Below, in pieces: positions 8,477 through 17,649 of a stretch of DNA of 54,809 bases (the first letter of the stretch is position 1; every line of letters begins with the position of its first letter). The DNA is from Gemmatimonadota bacterium (GTDB lineage: Bacteria > Gemmatimonadota > Gemmatimonadetes > Gemmatimonadales > GWC2-71-9). Made by a program: the position numbers and the translations under genes. A model generated the notes under the pieces. That model saw only the letters and a list, made by a program, of their open reading frames with translations, made no database searches and had not been told where the DNA came from. The stretch covers positions 1-54,809 of the forward strand of contig JBDHKN010000027.1 in the NCBI GenBank assembly GCA_039586365.1, read 5' to 3'.

Positions 8477-11101
8477 TTGGACGAGTCAGGGAACAGTATC
8501 AGGACTGCTCTCGCCGATCACTACGCTATCAAGCATGAAATCGGTAGCGGAGGGATGGCGACGGTATACTTGGCTCGAGACCTCAAGCATCACCGCGAGG
8601 TCGCCGTGAAGGTGCTCAGGCCCGAGGTCGCATCACTGCTCGGAGTCGAGCGTTTTCTGCGCGAGATCAGGATAGCAGCCAACCTCCACCATCCTCACAT
8701 CCTGCCGCTCCACGACTCGGGAGAGGCCCGCGGCTTCCTGTACTACGTGATGCCGTACGTAGCGGGGCGGTCGTTACGTGACCGGTTGGTACGGGAGGGT
8801 TCCCTGCCCGTCACGGAAGTCGTGCGGATTCTGAGAGACGTGGTGGACGCGCTGTCACACGCTCACGAGCAGGGTGTAGTCCACCGCGACATCAAACCTG
8901 ACAATGTGATGCTTTCGGGTCGCCACGCTCTGGTGGCGGATTTCGGAATAGCCAAGGCTATGACGGAGGCGACAGGTAGGGATCGGCTGAAGACCACCGG
9001 GTTTCCGCTCGGCACCAGAGCCTATATGGCACCGGAGCAGGCGTTGGGGGACCGTGGTGTTGACCACCGCGCCGACATCTATGCTGTTGGCGCTCTCGCC
9101 TACGAGTTGCTTACCGGGAGAGCGCCGTACTTCGAGACAACGCCGTTGCCGGGGTCGTCAGGCAATTCGACCGCTGTGCTGAACCCTGTCTCGAGGTACC
9201 GCGAGTCGGTACCTCCTGCCCTTGAACAACTGGTACTGCGGTGTTTAGCGCAGAATCCCGCTGACAGGTGGCAGCGTGCGGAAGACTTGCTGTCACAGCT
9301 AGAGGCGATGACCACTCCGAGCGGGGGCGTAGCTCCAACCGGGAAGGCGCTGGCAAGTAGCAGTGGTATGGCGGCGCAGCGCAAGAAGGTGCTTTTCGTT
9401 GCAGCCGGTGTTGCGGCGGTACTCGCCGTTGTTGCCGTGATAGCCACCTCATCCCACGAGAGTAGAGTGCCGCTCGATCCCAATCGGGTTGTGGTCGCGG
9501 TATTCAAGAATGAGACTGGCGACACGTCGCTGGATGCGGCAGGCGTGATGGCAGGACATTGGATAACGCAGGGGCTGCAGCAGACCTCCGTTGCGGAAGC
9601 GGTCCCTTGGCTGGACGCACAGCAAGCATCGCGCTACATAACTGAGGAGGCCGCGGCGGGACGCGTGAGGAATCCCGTTCGGGCGCTGGCCGAGGAGGTG
9701 GGAGCGGGTACGATCGTGGCGGGGTCGTACTACCGCCGAGCGGACATGATGCAGTTCCAGGTCGAGGTTACGAACGCAACTGAGGGGCGGGTCATCGGGG
9801 CGTTCGGGCCCGAGATCGTTCCGCTGGACTCGCAGCAACGCGCCGTCGAACGGTTACGGGAACGGGTGTTGGGCCTCCTCGCGGTAACGTTTGACGAGCG
9901 CCTCGCAACACGTACCGGTGCCGTGGGCCGTCCACCTACGTTTCAGGCGTACCGGGCGTTCGAGCAGGGCATCGACCGCTACATCCGATTGGAGTATGAG
10001 GAGGCTCTGCCACACTTCGCACGGGCCTTCGAACTCGACACCACGTTTGCACTCGCCCTCCAGTACAACGCAATCGCATACTACGCACTGTATCAGTACC
10101 GTCAGGCCGACTCTGTACTGAACATTCTGGCAGCGTTCTCGGATCAACTCACCGATCTGGACGTGGCGTGGGTCGAGTACTTGGAGGCGGCGTTGGATGG
10201 AGATCATGAACGGGCGCTGGAAGCGATTCGTCGGGCAGCGGAGATCGCACCGCGCTCCAAGGCTGCTTACAACAGAGCGCGCGTTGCCGTGAACACCAAC
10301 CGCCCGCAGGAGGCTCTCGATGCCCTCCGCACGCTCGATCCCGAGCGCGGTCCCATGCGTGGGTGGATCGGCTATTGGTCGGTCTTGTGTACGGCATTGC
10401 ACGAGGTGGGCGAGCACGAGCGCGAGCTGGAAGCGGCAGGGAGGATGCGGGAGCTGTTTCCTGATCCCGTCCTTCGCTCTTACACCCACGAAGCCCTCGG
10501 GCTGGCCGCGCTGGGAAACATCGTGCAAATCAACCGGCTGCTTGACGAAGTAGCGTTGTCGCCGTCAGTGGAAGTGTACACCGCAGGTACGATCATGCTT
10601 TGGGCCGCCAATGACCTGCGAGGACACGGTTATCTCGCAGCGGAACGGCAGGTGCTCGAGCGCGCCGTCCGTTGGTTCGAGGGGCGCGTTACTGAACATC
10701 CAGAATCCGCTGCCCTGCGCTACGACTATGGACGAACGCTGTACCTGGCTCGGCACTGGGATGAGGCCCAACACGTGATCGAGAATCTGCTCCAGGAGTT
10801 CCCGCACAATATCGATTATCTGGGGCAGCTCGGAGTGCTTGCAGCGAGACGCGGTGATCGCGCAGAAGCGCTCAAAATATCGGAGCAGGTGGGGCGTGTG
10901 GATCAGCCATATTCGTTTGGATTGCCACAGTGGTGGCAGGCGCGGATTGCAGCCGTGTTGGATGAACGTGACCGGGCCGTGACGCTGCTGCAGGAGGCTA
11001 GGGCTCAGGGACACGTGGATGACTGGCATACACCCGCCATCGATTTCGAATCGCTGCGTAACTACCCGCCGTTCCAAGGATTCATGAGGCCCAAGGGGTA
11101 G
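8477..11101 (+). CDS. Hanks-type Ser/Thr protein kinase with TM helix, TolB-N-like region and TPR repeats
   Basis: IGSGGMATVY, VAVKVL, VHRDIKPDN, ADFGIAK, YMAPEQ and DIYAVG motifs. TM VLFVAAGVAAVLAVVAVIA. Helical-repeat C-terminus. Confidence 0.95.
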   Translation: MDESGNSIRTALADHYAIKHEIGSGGMATVYLARDLKHHREVAVKVLRPEVASLLGVERFLREIRIAANLHHPHILPLHDSGEARGFLYYVMPYVAGRSLRDRLVREGSLPVTEVVRILRDVVDALSHAHEQGVVHRDIKPDNVMLSGRHALVADFGIAKAMTEATGRDRLKTTGFPLGTRAYMAPEQALGDRGVDHRADIYAVGALAYELLTGRAPYFETTPLPGSSGNSTAVLNPVSRYRESVPPALEQLVLRCLAQNPADRWQRAEDLLSQLEAMTTPSGGVAPTGKALASSSGMAAQRKKVLFVAAGVAAVLAVVAVIATSSHESRVPLDPNRVVVAVFKNETGDTSLDAAGVMAGHWITQGLQQTSVAEAVPWLDAQQASRYITEEAAAGRVRNPVRALAEEVGAGTIVAGSYYRRADMMQFQVEVTNATEGRVIGAFGPEIVPLDSQQRAVERLRERVLGLLAVTFDERLATRTGAVGRPPTFQAYRAFEQGIDRYIRLEYEEALPHFARAFELDTTFALALQYNAIAYYALYQYRQADSVLNILAAFSDQLTDLDVAWVEYLEAALDGDHERALEAIRRAAEIAPRSKAAYNRARVAVNTNRPQEALDALRTLDPERGPMRGWIGYWSVLCTALHEVGEHERELEAAGRMRELFPDPVLRSYTHEALGLAALGNIVQINRLLDEVALSPSVEVYTAGTIMLWAANDLRGHGYLAAERQVLERAVRWFEGRVTEHPESAALRYDYGRTLYLARHWDEAQHVIENLLQEFPHNIDYLGQLGVLAARRGDRAEALKISEQVGRVDQPYSFGLPQWWQARIAAVLDERDRAVTLLQEARAQGHVDDWHTPAIDFESLRNYPPFQGFMRPKG

Positions 11102-11282
11102 GGACACACACGACGGAGGGCGAAGGTTCTGCGCTAGGGCCGCGGGCCAGCCTGGTTCGACAACCGAGCAAGGTGTCCGGAGACAGAGACCTACCCAGCC
11201 GCACGACCACTTGCAGCGAGCTTCCGGCCTTGTCAGGGGATACCGCACCCGGAGTTCGATTCACTCCACAGATTGCCCGAGC

Positions 11283-12350
11283 CTAACCACCGGCGAGCTG
11301 CCACAGAACATAAATGTTGTGCTGGTGCAGGTTGTAGTCACGGCGGATGAAGTTGAAATCGGCGACTTCGGGGTACCGCTCTGCGAACACGTTCTGCATT
11401 AGGAACCTCACCAGAGGAGTGCCTGCCTCCTTAGCGGCTTGTACATCGGACCAGAGTCGTGACAGGTATCGGTACATCCCTCGGAAATGATCGACCGTCA
11501 GCGGGACATCTGAATGTCCCGGTACCATGGTCTCGAGGTTCGGCGAGGTTTCGAGGATCGTTTTCCAGGTGTCCATCACCCGGTGGAACTGGCCGGCCAT
11601 TTCCTCCCGGAGCAACGGTAACTGCCCTCCCCAAAAGACGTCCCCGGTGAATAGCATTCGTTCCTCGGGAACCAGGATCAGGATGTCGGAGTCGGAATGG
11701 AAACCGGTGAAGTCGAAGAGTTCGAGCTGGACGTCGCCCAGATCCAGCGTGTGGTGACTGTCGAAGGTCACAGTGGGGTAGCCGGGCTCGATGCCATTTC
11801 CGAGATCAGTGATGCCCGCCTCATAGGCAGCCACGCCTTCACGCGCGAGCTTACCCGACGAGCTGTCCGGTGATGTTTCAGCCGCCCATTCTACGTACGA
11901 TTCCCGGCTCCTGCGCAGGCGCTCGACCAGCTCGGGGATCAGGTCGACCTCCCTCTGCAGTGCCGCCACAGCGTTCCCGTGAGCGATCACAGTGGCCTCG
12001 GGAAAGACCTCGTTCGCGAACGCATGATCGTTGTGCATATGGGTGTTGATGAGGTAGCGGAAATCACTGCGGCCGACTTCCCGCTCGATCTGTTCCCGCT
12101 GGCGTCGGACCGTGCTCGGGCTGAGACCCGTGTCGATGAGAACCAGGCCCCGTGCCGTAACGACAACCGCCATGTTGGTTCCCTGGAAGTGATCACAACC
12201 CCAGGTCAACAGCACCCGGTCACTCAGTCGCCGGATATTGATCTTGATCTCCTCGCTCCCCTGGGCCGTGGTTGTGCACGGGACCGCCAGCATCCAAGCG
12301 AGCAGGAAGTACCGGGGTGCAGCAAGTCGGCTCAGATGTTTTCCTCTCAT
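11283..12350 (-). CDS. Exported MBL-fold metallo-hydrolase
   Basis: Signal peptide, LIDTG, INTHMHNDH, HS, FTGD, VPGH. Confidence 0.9.
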   Translation of the reverse strand: MRGKHLSRLAAPRYFLLAWMLAVPCTTTAQGSEEIKINIRRLSDRVLLTWGCDHFQGTNMAVVVTARGLVLIDTGLSPSTVRRQREQIEREVGRSDFRYLINTHMHNDHAFANEVFPEATVIAHGNAVAALQREVDLIPELVERLRRSRESYVEWAAETSPDSSSGKLAREGVAAYEAGITDLGNGIEPGYPTVTFDSHHTLDLGDVQLELFDFTGFHSDSDILILVPEERMLFTGDVFWGGQLPLLREEMAGQFHRVMDTWKTILETSPNLETMVPGHSDVPLTVDHFRGMYRYLSRLWSDVQAAKEAGTPLVRFLMQNVFAERYPEVADFNFIRRDYNLHQHNIYVLWQLAGG

Positions 12351-12581
12351 CCTTCTCGTTCCTCGTCAGTGGTCAGGTAACAACTTTGCGATACGTCCTA
12401 TGGCTGCGCGGTGCACCTGAGTCAGCCACGGTCTCAATGGCGTCAATCCTTCCACGCACGAGATTGTGCCGTCATACCATTCACCGATGTATGCCCCACC
12501 GGCCTGGGCGTGTGGCAGTCGAGCGTCAGTTGGGCTCGCGGCGTTCTGCGCGTCTTCCCGCCAATCCCGTGACCGCAGGCG

Positions 12582-13553
12582 TCATCCAATCATGTCCGCC
12601 AGTATTTCACGATAGCGTTGGTATACTGCCCAGGGGATCTCTTCTCTGATCCGCCCACCGGCAAGCGGTATGTAGCGACCCGATTGAAGCAGCGGAGCTA
12701 CTATCTCTTGGAGCCTATCTCGCATGTGTTCGGTCGCCTTGGCGCGGAGAATGCTCAACGGAATGCCGCCGATCAGGCCCAGCAGCGGCCCGAATCGGCG
12801 CCGCAGGTTGCGGTAATCGACCTCCGGAACCTCGGCGGCCTCCGAGATCCAGAGCATCGTGATCCCCGCCTGGAACATCGCTGGAAAGAGGCGTGTCGTG
12901 TTGCCGTAGGTACTGACCAGGATGTTCTCACAGCCATGGTCCCTAGCAGTGGTGATGATCCTCTCGTATACGGGAATCATGAATTCTGCAAACATGCCGG
13001 GCGAAATCAGGGGTCCTTCGTTGTCGGAGATCGGTTCGCTCAAGTAGATGAACTCCGGGTCCACATCTCGCAGTGTCATTCCCAGCATACGGGCGCAGAA
13101 ATCGCCGTACATCTCCAGCCGACTGCGTATCCTGGCAGGTTCCTTGAGAGTCCCCAGTAATGCTCGCTCGAGGGTCGGCCAGTCTCCGACTCCCAAGGCC
13201 TGAAAAAAGCCACGCGATGCCCAGATACAGACGATGTGGTCCCGATTCTCGAGTCTCTTGGCAGTGTCGTTCCAGTCTTCAGGGAAGCGCCGCGCCGAGA
13301 CATCGAACGCGTTGGTGTAGTCGCGAGCAGACAAGTCGACGATGCGGCCAAAGTAACTAGGGGTGTATGTCAGGTCTGGTCCTATCCTCTCGTGAGGGGT
13401 GAGACCGAACATCTCCACATGTGTTTGGCCCCGCGGAAGGCCCCGTCTGTGCCAGCTCTCAATCACCTCCTCCCGTACGCCTTCCTCCAGCAGCGGGGGC
13501 CTGTCGACGGCCTCGCCCCGAATGAGACGCTGAAAGCGCTCTCTCTCGGTCAT
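12582..13553 (-). CDS. Uroporphyrinogen decarboxylase/MtaA-like (URO-D family) protein
   Basis: MTERERF...G.AVDRPP start, GPLISPGMFAEFMIPVY, LRRRFG..L.LIGGI and G.YIP. SD GGAGG. Confidence 0.75.
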   Translation of the reverse strand: MTERERFQRLIRGEAVDRPPLLEEGVREEVIESWHRRGLPRGQTHVEMFGLTPHERIGPDLTYTPSYFGRIVDLSARDYTNAFDVSARRFPEDWNDTAKRLENRDHIVCIWASRGFFQALGVGDWPTLERALLGTLKEPARIRSRLEMYGDFCARMLGMTLRDVDPEFIYLSEPISDNEGPLISPGMFAEFMIPVYERIITTARDHGCENILVSTYGNTTRLFPAMFQAGITMLWISEAAEVPEVDYRNLRRRFGPLLGLIGGIPLSILRAKATEHMRDRLQEIVAPLLQSGRYIPLAGGRIREEIPWAVYQRYREILADMIG

Positions 13554-13848
13554 CAGTCCTCCAGGATTCCTCCGGCTTCCGAGCCTTACGCCGCCAGTGC
13601 ACTATCTATCAGGTTCGGGCTGGGATCAAGAGAGGAGATTGTCTGGGAAGTCGGACTGCAACGACGGGAGGACGCTATCCTTTGGGTGTGCCAGGCCAGC
13701 AGTCGACCCGACCGTCGCCGAGGCCACTCACGGAGCCATCCGAAGGCACAGGAGATGAACCAGGCAGCGGGCGGGAAGACCTCGATCGCTACACGTATCT
13801 CGTTGGCAGGCAACGACTTGTGATTAGGCCGGCTACACCAGGGCCGCA

Positions 13849-16029
13849 CTACTCCTGTTCTGCTGCAGCCACGATCTGAATCTGCCCGTCGCGCATTGCC
13901 GCGATGAGCGCCTCCGCCTGCTTGGCTTGGAATCGGAGCGAGCCGGCCGTCTCCATTACCTGATCCAGGAACGCCTTTTGACCGTGTAATGTGCTGAGCG
14001 TCGAGCCCATGTCGATCATCAACGCCTCTGCCCTGGCGATTTGCTGATCGATCTCAGACATCTCTCGCCTGCGCGCGTCGAGCCGATCCGCTTCCTGCCG
14101 GACCGCCCTGATCTCGGCAACGATCCCCTCGAGTGTGCCGCGGCTGTCGGACAGCTCTTCGCGAGCTCCCACAATGGCACGAACGTTGTCCGTCGTCCGT
14201 TGCGCGATTTCGAACATGCGATGGATTTCACCCTTGAGCGCGTCGATCGTAGCTTGGCGTTGGGTCGCGTTCTCGAGCGCGTGCGAGACCATCGCTTCGG
14301 TTGCTTGCCACTTGGCCAGCCGTTGCTCGAACTGAGTGATGTCCTCGCTTACCTTCTGGAGATCGACGGTCTTGCGATCGAGTTGGTCACAGAGTTCCTG
14401 GACCTGTGTGAGTTGTTCCCCAGTCGTGGCCAGCGATTCGGTCAGCTCTTGCGATCGCTCTGTGAGGGCGTCGACCTTGGCAGCGGCGTCCTCACGCAGG
14501 GCTGCGAGGTGGTCCAGCCGAGCCAGCGTTCGCTCAATGGAGCTCTCACGCTGTTCCGCTTCGCGAGCGTGCACCCGAATTCGGTCTGCAAACCCCTGCA
14601 ACTCGCGGGAGCGAGCTTCCAGAGATTGCATATCGGTGTTCAGATCCGCCAGCCGCTCCTCCGCCTCATCCAGCGAGGTCATGGCCGGCTCCCGCACTTC
14701 GTCGAGCCGCCCGAACAGATCCTCAATCGACCGTTCGGCGCGGTGAATACCAGCTGCAACTGTAGGCAAGCGTCCAGCATGGGCGTCTAGTTGTGCGACT
14801 TCGCCGCCGATCTCTCCGACACGTTCGGCCAGTTGCGCCACCTCCGTCTGAATCTCCGTCACCGTGCCTGCAGCCTCGTCCAGTGAGCGGAAACGTCGTT
14901 CCATCTCAGCCAGAGCGTGGCGCAGATCGGCGACCTGGGTGGCGGTAGTGTCGAGTCCTTGTCGTTCGAATTCGAACCGGTCAGTCGCTTGGCGGATGTC
15001 GTCGCACAGGGCATCTCGTAGCTCAGTCAGCTCCTGGCGGCGCGACTCATCCGTCGCAGCTATTTCCACCTGCCGTGTCGCGATGGTATCCGACTGCTCG
15101 AGCAGGTCGACGTGGATTACCCGCAACCGCTCGATTTCTTCCTGCATGTGGGCCAGGAACTTGGCGTTCTCCAACTGTGTCTTCGTGTCTCGATCGATTC
15201 GGCTCAGCAATTCCGCGAACCGTTCTCCTCGGCTGGTGGCGTGGTCCACCGCCTCGCGCTGCTGTTCGATTTCGGAAATCTTCTGCGCCACGTAATCTGC
15301 CAGCGCCTTGAGCGTGCTCAGTTCGCGTCGAACGTCCGGCACTCCGGCCGCCAACTCTGCGAGGGCATCCACGGTGCCTTCCAGTTTGCTGGCGCGCTCG
15401 TCGATGGTGCGGAACCCCGTGCTCACGTGGTCGTACCGTTCCTCCATCGCTGCCAGGTGCGACATCGCCGCGACGCCGCGCTGCCGGATCTCGTCCTGCT
15501 GGTCCCGCGTAGTCGTGAAGGTGGCACGCAGCTGACCAATCTCTCCCGAGCATGCGCCTACCTCACCCCGTAGTGACTTCAGGTGTTCCCCGAGCGTGTG
15601 CAGCTGAGCCATATCCGGCTTTAGCGCGCTTGCCTCGCGTGCCACCTGCTGCAACGTGCGGATTTCCTCTTGCAGGCCCGCTACGTCGGACCGGATAGTT
15701 GTCACACGGCCCTCGCACTCGGTGAGCTGGGACCCGACTTCGGTCTGGCCACCGGCGAGGGTTTCTGCCTGTTCGCTGAGCGTCGACACACGCGAGGCAA
15801 GCCGTTCCACCGATTGAAGCCGACTCTCGAGTTGTGCCAACGATTGCTCGATGTTGCGAACCGGCTCGTTCAGACCCTCGGCCCGCTCCAGCGATGCCTT
15901 AGCCTCGCCGGCCACGGCCTCGCATGCATTGCGCTCATTGCGCATTTGCAGGAGTATGGTCCGCAGCTCACCCCGCACTTCCTCCGGCAAGGCTCCGTTA
16001 CCGAACATCCTGCTAATCACTGGTTGCAT
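13849..16029 (-). CDS. Long coiled-coil protein (about 726 aa)
   Basis: Heptad pattern rich in E/L/R/A/Q over nearly the full length, with no Walker motifs. GGAG precedes the ATG at 16029. Confidence 0.8.
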   Translation of the reverse strand: MQPVISRMFGNGALPEEVRGELRTILLQMRNERNACEAVAGEAKASLERAEGLNEPVRNIEQSLAQLESRLQSVERLASRVSTLSEQAETLAGGQTEVGSQLTECEGRVTTIRSDVAGLQEEIRTLQQVAREASALKPDMAQLHTLGEHLKSLRGEVGACSGEIGQLRATFTTTRDQQDEIRQRGVAAMSHLAAMEERYDHVSTGFRTIDERASKLEGTVDALAELAAGVPDVRRELSTLKALADYVAQKISEIEQQREAVDHATSRGERFAELLSRIDRDTKTQLENAKFLAHMQEEIERLRVIHVDLLEQSDTIATRQVEIAATDESRRQELTELRDALCDDIRQATDRFEFERQGLDTTATQVADLRHALAEMERRFRSLDEAAGTVTEIQTEVAQLAERVGEIGGEVAQLDAHAGRLPTVAAGIHRAERSIEDLFGRLDEVREPAMTSLDEAEERLADLNTDMQSLEARSRELQGFADRIRVHAREAEQRESSIERTLARLDHLAALREDAAAKVDALTERSQELTESLATTGEQLTQVQELCDQLDRKTVDLQKVSEDITQFEQRLAKWQATEAMVSHALENATQRQATIDALKGEIHRMFEIAQRTTDNVRAIVGAREELSDSRGTLEGIVAEIRAVRQEADRLDARRREMSEIDQQIARAEALMIDMGSTLSTLHGQKAFLDQVMETAGSLRFQAKQAEALIAAMRDGQIQIVAAAEQE

Positions 16030-16222
16030 GGTGCGATCTCCGGTCGTGATACGCCATCCCTGTTCCCCCGCTCGCCGTCCAAGAGCCCCGTGGGGCCGAC
16101 GCTGTCCCAAGGATACTTGCGGGGTCGGCTCAGCATCCCGGCTGCACACCTGGTAACGTATTTGCTGGCAACAGGATACGACCCCAGCCGAGGAGCCCGT
16201 AGCGCAGCTGTCTGCGGTGCTG

Positions 16223-16585
16223 TCAAGCGAGATCTCCTCCCAAATACGACTCGTCCCAGGCGACCTCGAACAACCCGTTACAGCGTTCGCAGCGCAGCTT
16301 GTTAGGTTGGCCCATCGGCAGCTGGCGCGTGCGGCAGCTGGGACACACCGCGTAGTCTCTCGCCCAGCGGGTCGGCGCCGCTACCTTGCGGGAGAAGGCC
16401 ACGACGGTCCACCGGGGTGGTGGCGTTGTGACGATCTCCAGGGACTCACGGGAGACGGGCCGCTTCTCACCGCAAACCGAGACCGATACTTCGGACGGAC
16501 CGACGGAGACGACGCGATACCAGGCGCCGCGGCGGAGTCCGCAATCAACTGCCTCGCTCAAACGCGCCCACTGTTCTGCTGGCAT
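16223..16585 (-). CDS. Hypothetical zinc-ribbon protein
   Basis: CPSC...CERC near the C-terminus and an SH3-like beta-rich N-terminus. Confidence 0.65.
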   Translation of the reverse strand: MPAEQWARLSEAVDCGLRRGAWYRVVSVGPSEVSVSVCGEKRPVSRESLEIVTTPPPRWTVVAFSRKVAAPTRWARDYAVCPSCRTRQLPMGQPNKLRCERCNGLFEVAWDESYLGGDLA

Positions 16586-16754
16586 TATACACCCTGGATA
16601 CGGGACCGGCTGATAGGATGAACCGGTTGAGCGAATCCAGCCGTGGGCTACGTCACAATAATCCGGAACTCAGCTGCAAATCCCGCGGCCGATCACCTGA
16701 TGATTCGTGTCTCTCGAGGGTGTACGCTTCATCTTGCAGTCACATGTCCTTAAT

Positions 16755-17536
16755 ATGGCCCGTGCAGCTTCGAGCCGACTGCTGGGGGGGCTATTCGCCG
16801 ACCGGGCACTTCCACGTGCGGTATACGCATCTTGGCGAGGGTTTGCAGACAGTGTGAACGGCATTGGCTTTGTACGCGACGATGATCGGCGAGAGCTTGA
16901 CGCTGCCCTTGCCCGCACGTTCTGGATTTGCAGCGGCATGTTGGAACGGCCTCGGTACAACTCCAACTACAACGCTTATTGGAGTCAGACCGGAGTGCTG
17001 CGCAGCTGGGAGATCGATCAGTCTGTGGACTTGGGGTTCCGCAACCGCGTGAGTCTGAGCGCGAGCTACACGGAAGAGTTCAAGCGGTTCGAGGCCGACT
17101 TCAGGAATCATCAGATAGGCCTTGAGTTGGGCTATAACACTCGGGAGTTCCAGTCGGCTCAGGTTGGATTTGAATTCGGCAAGAACTTCGAGCAGACTTC
17201 CGGCTATGGAGCGTTGGTGGTGGACTGAAGGTCACCTCAGGGCTTTCCATCGAATACGATCTGCAGCGCCTCACGTTGACCCCGGGTCCAGACAGCGCCT
17301 CAACTTGGATCCACGTCCTACGAGCGAACCAGTTCTTCACCAACGATCTGTTCGTCCGGGTGTTCTTCCAGACGAATTCTGCCATCGACCGCCGCAATGT
17401 CCGAGCGGTCTTCGTCTATCGCTACCGTCCGCCGTTTGGGACACTCCAGCTCGCATTCCAGCGTGGCACAGCTGAGCGCGGCCAGCAGTCTGATCAAGGA
17501 AACACGCTGTTCCTCGAGGCTACGGCGGTCTTCTGA
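16755..17536 (+). pseudogene. Frameshifted, 5'-truncated remnant of an outer-membrane beta-barrel protein (DUF5916-like C-terminus)
   Basis: Protein-like segments in successive frames: GHFHVRYTHLGE / FADSVNGIGFVRDDDRRELD...LGYNTREFQSAQVGFEFGKNF / LSIEYDLQRL...NQFFTNDLFVRVFFQTNS...NTLFLEATAVF* (terminal Phe). No start or signal peptide. The 5' boundary is approximate. Confidence 0.65.
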
Positions 17537-17649
17537 GGCTCACAGCCGCGTCTCACCAGCTACACCATTTCACGGAGCGTGGCGGTGGCTCGAGCAGATG
17601 GGTAAAGTGTATAGTCGGATACCAAGTAACTGGCCACGAGACCAGGACG

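Noticed and set aside
13560..13840. Cobalamin riboswitch upstream of the URO-D/MtaA-like gene
   Set aside because: The conserved B12-box elements are not present in order on the coding (minus) strand.
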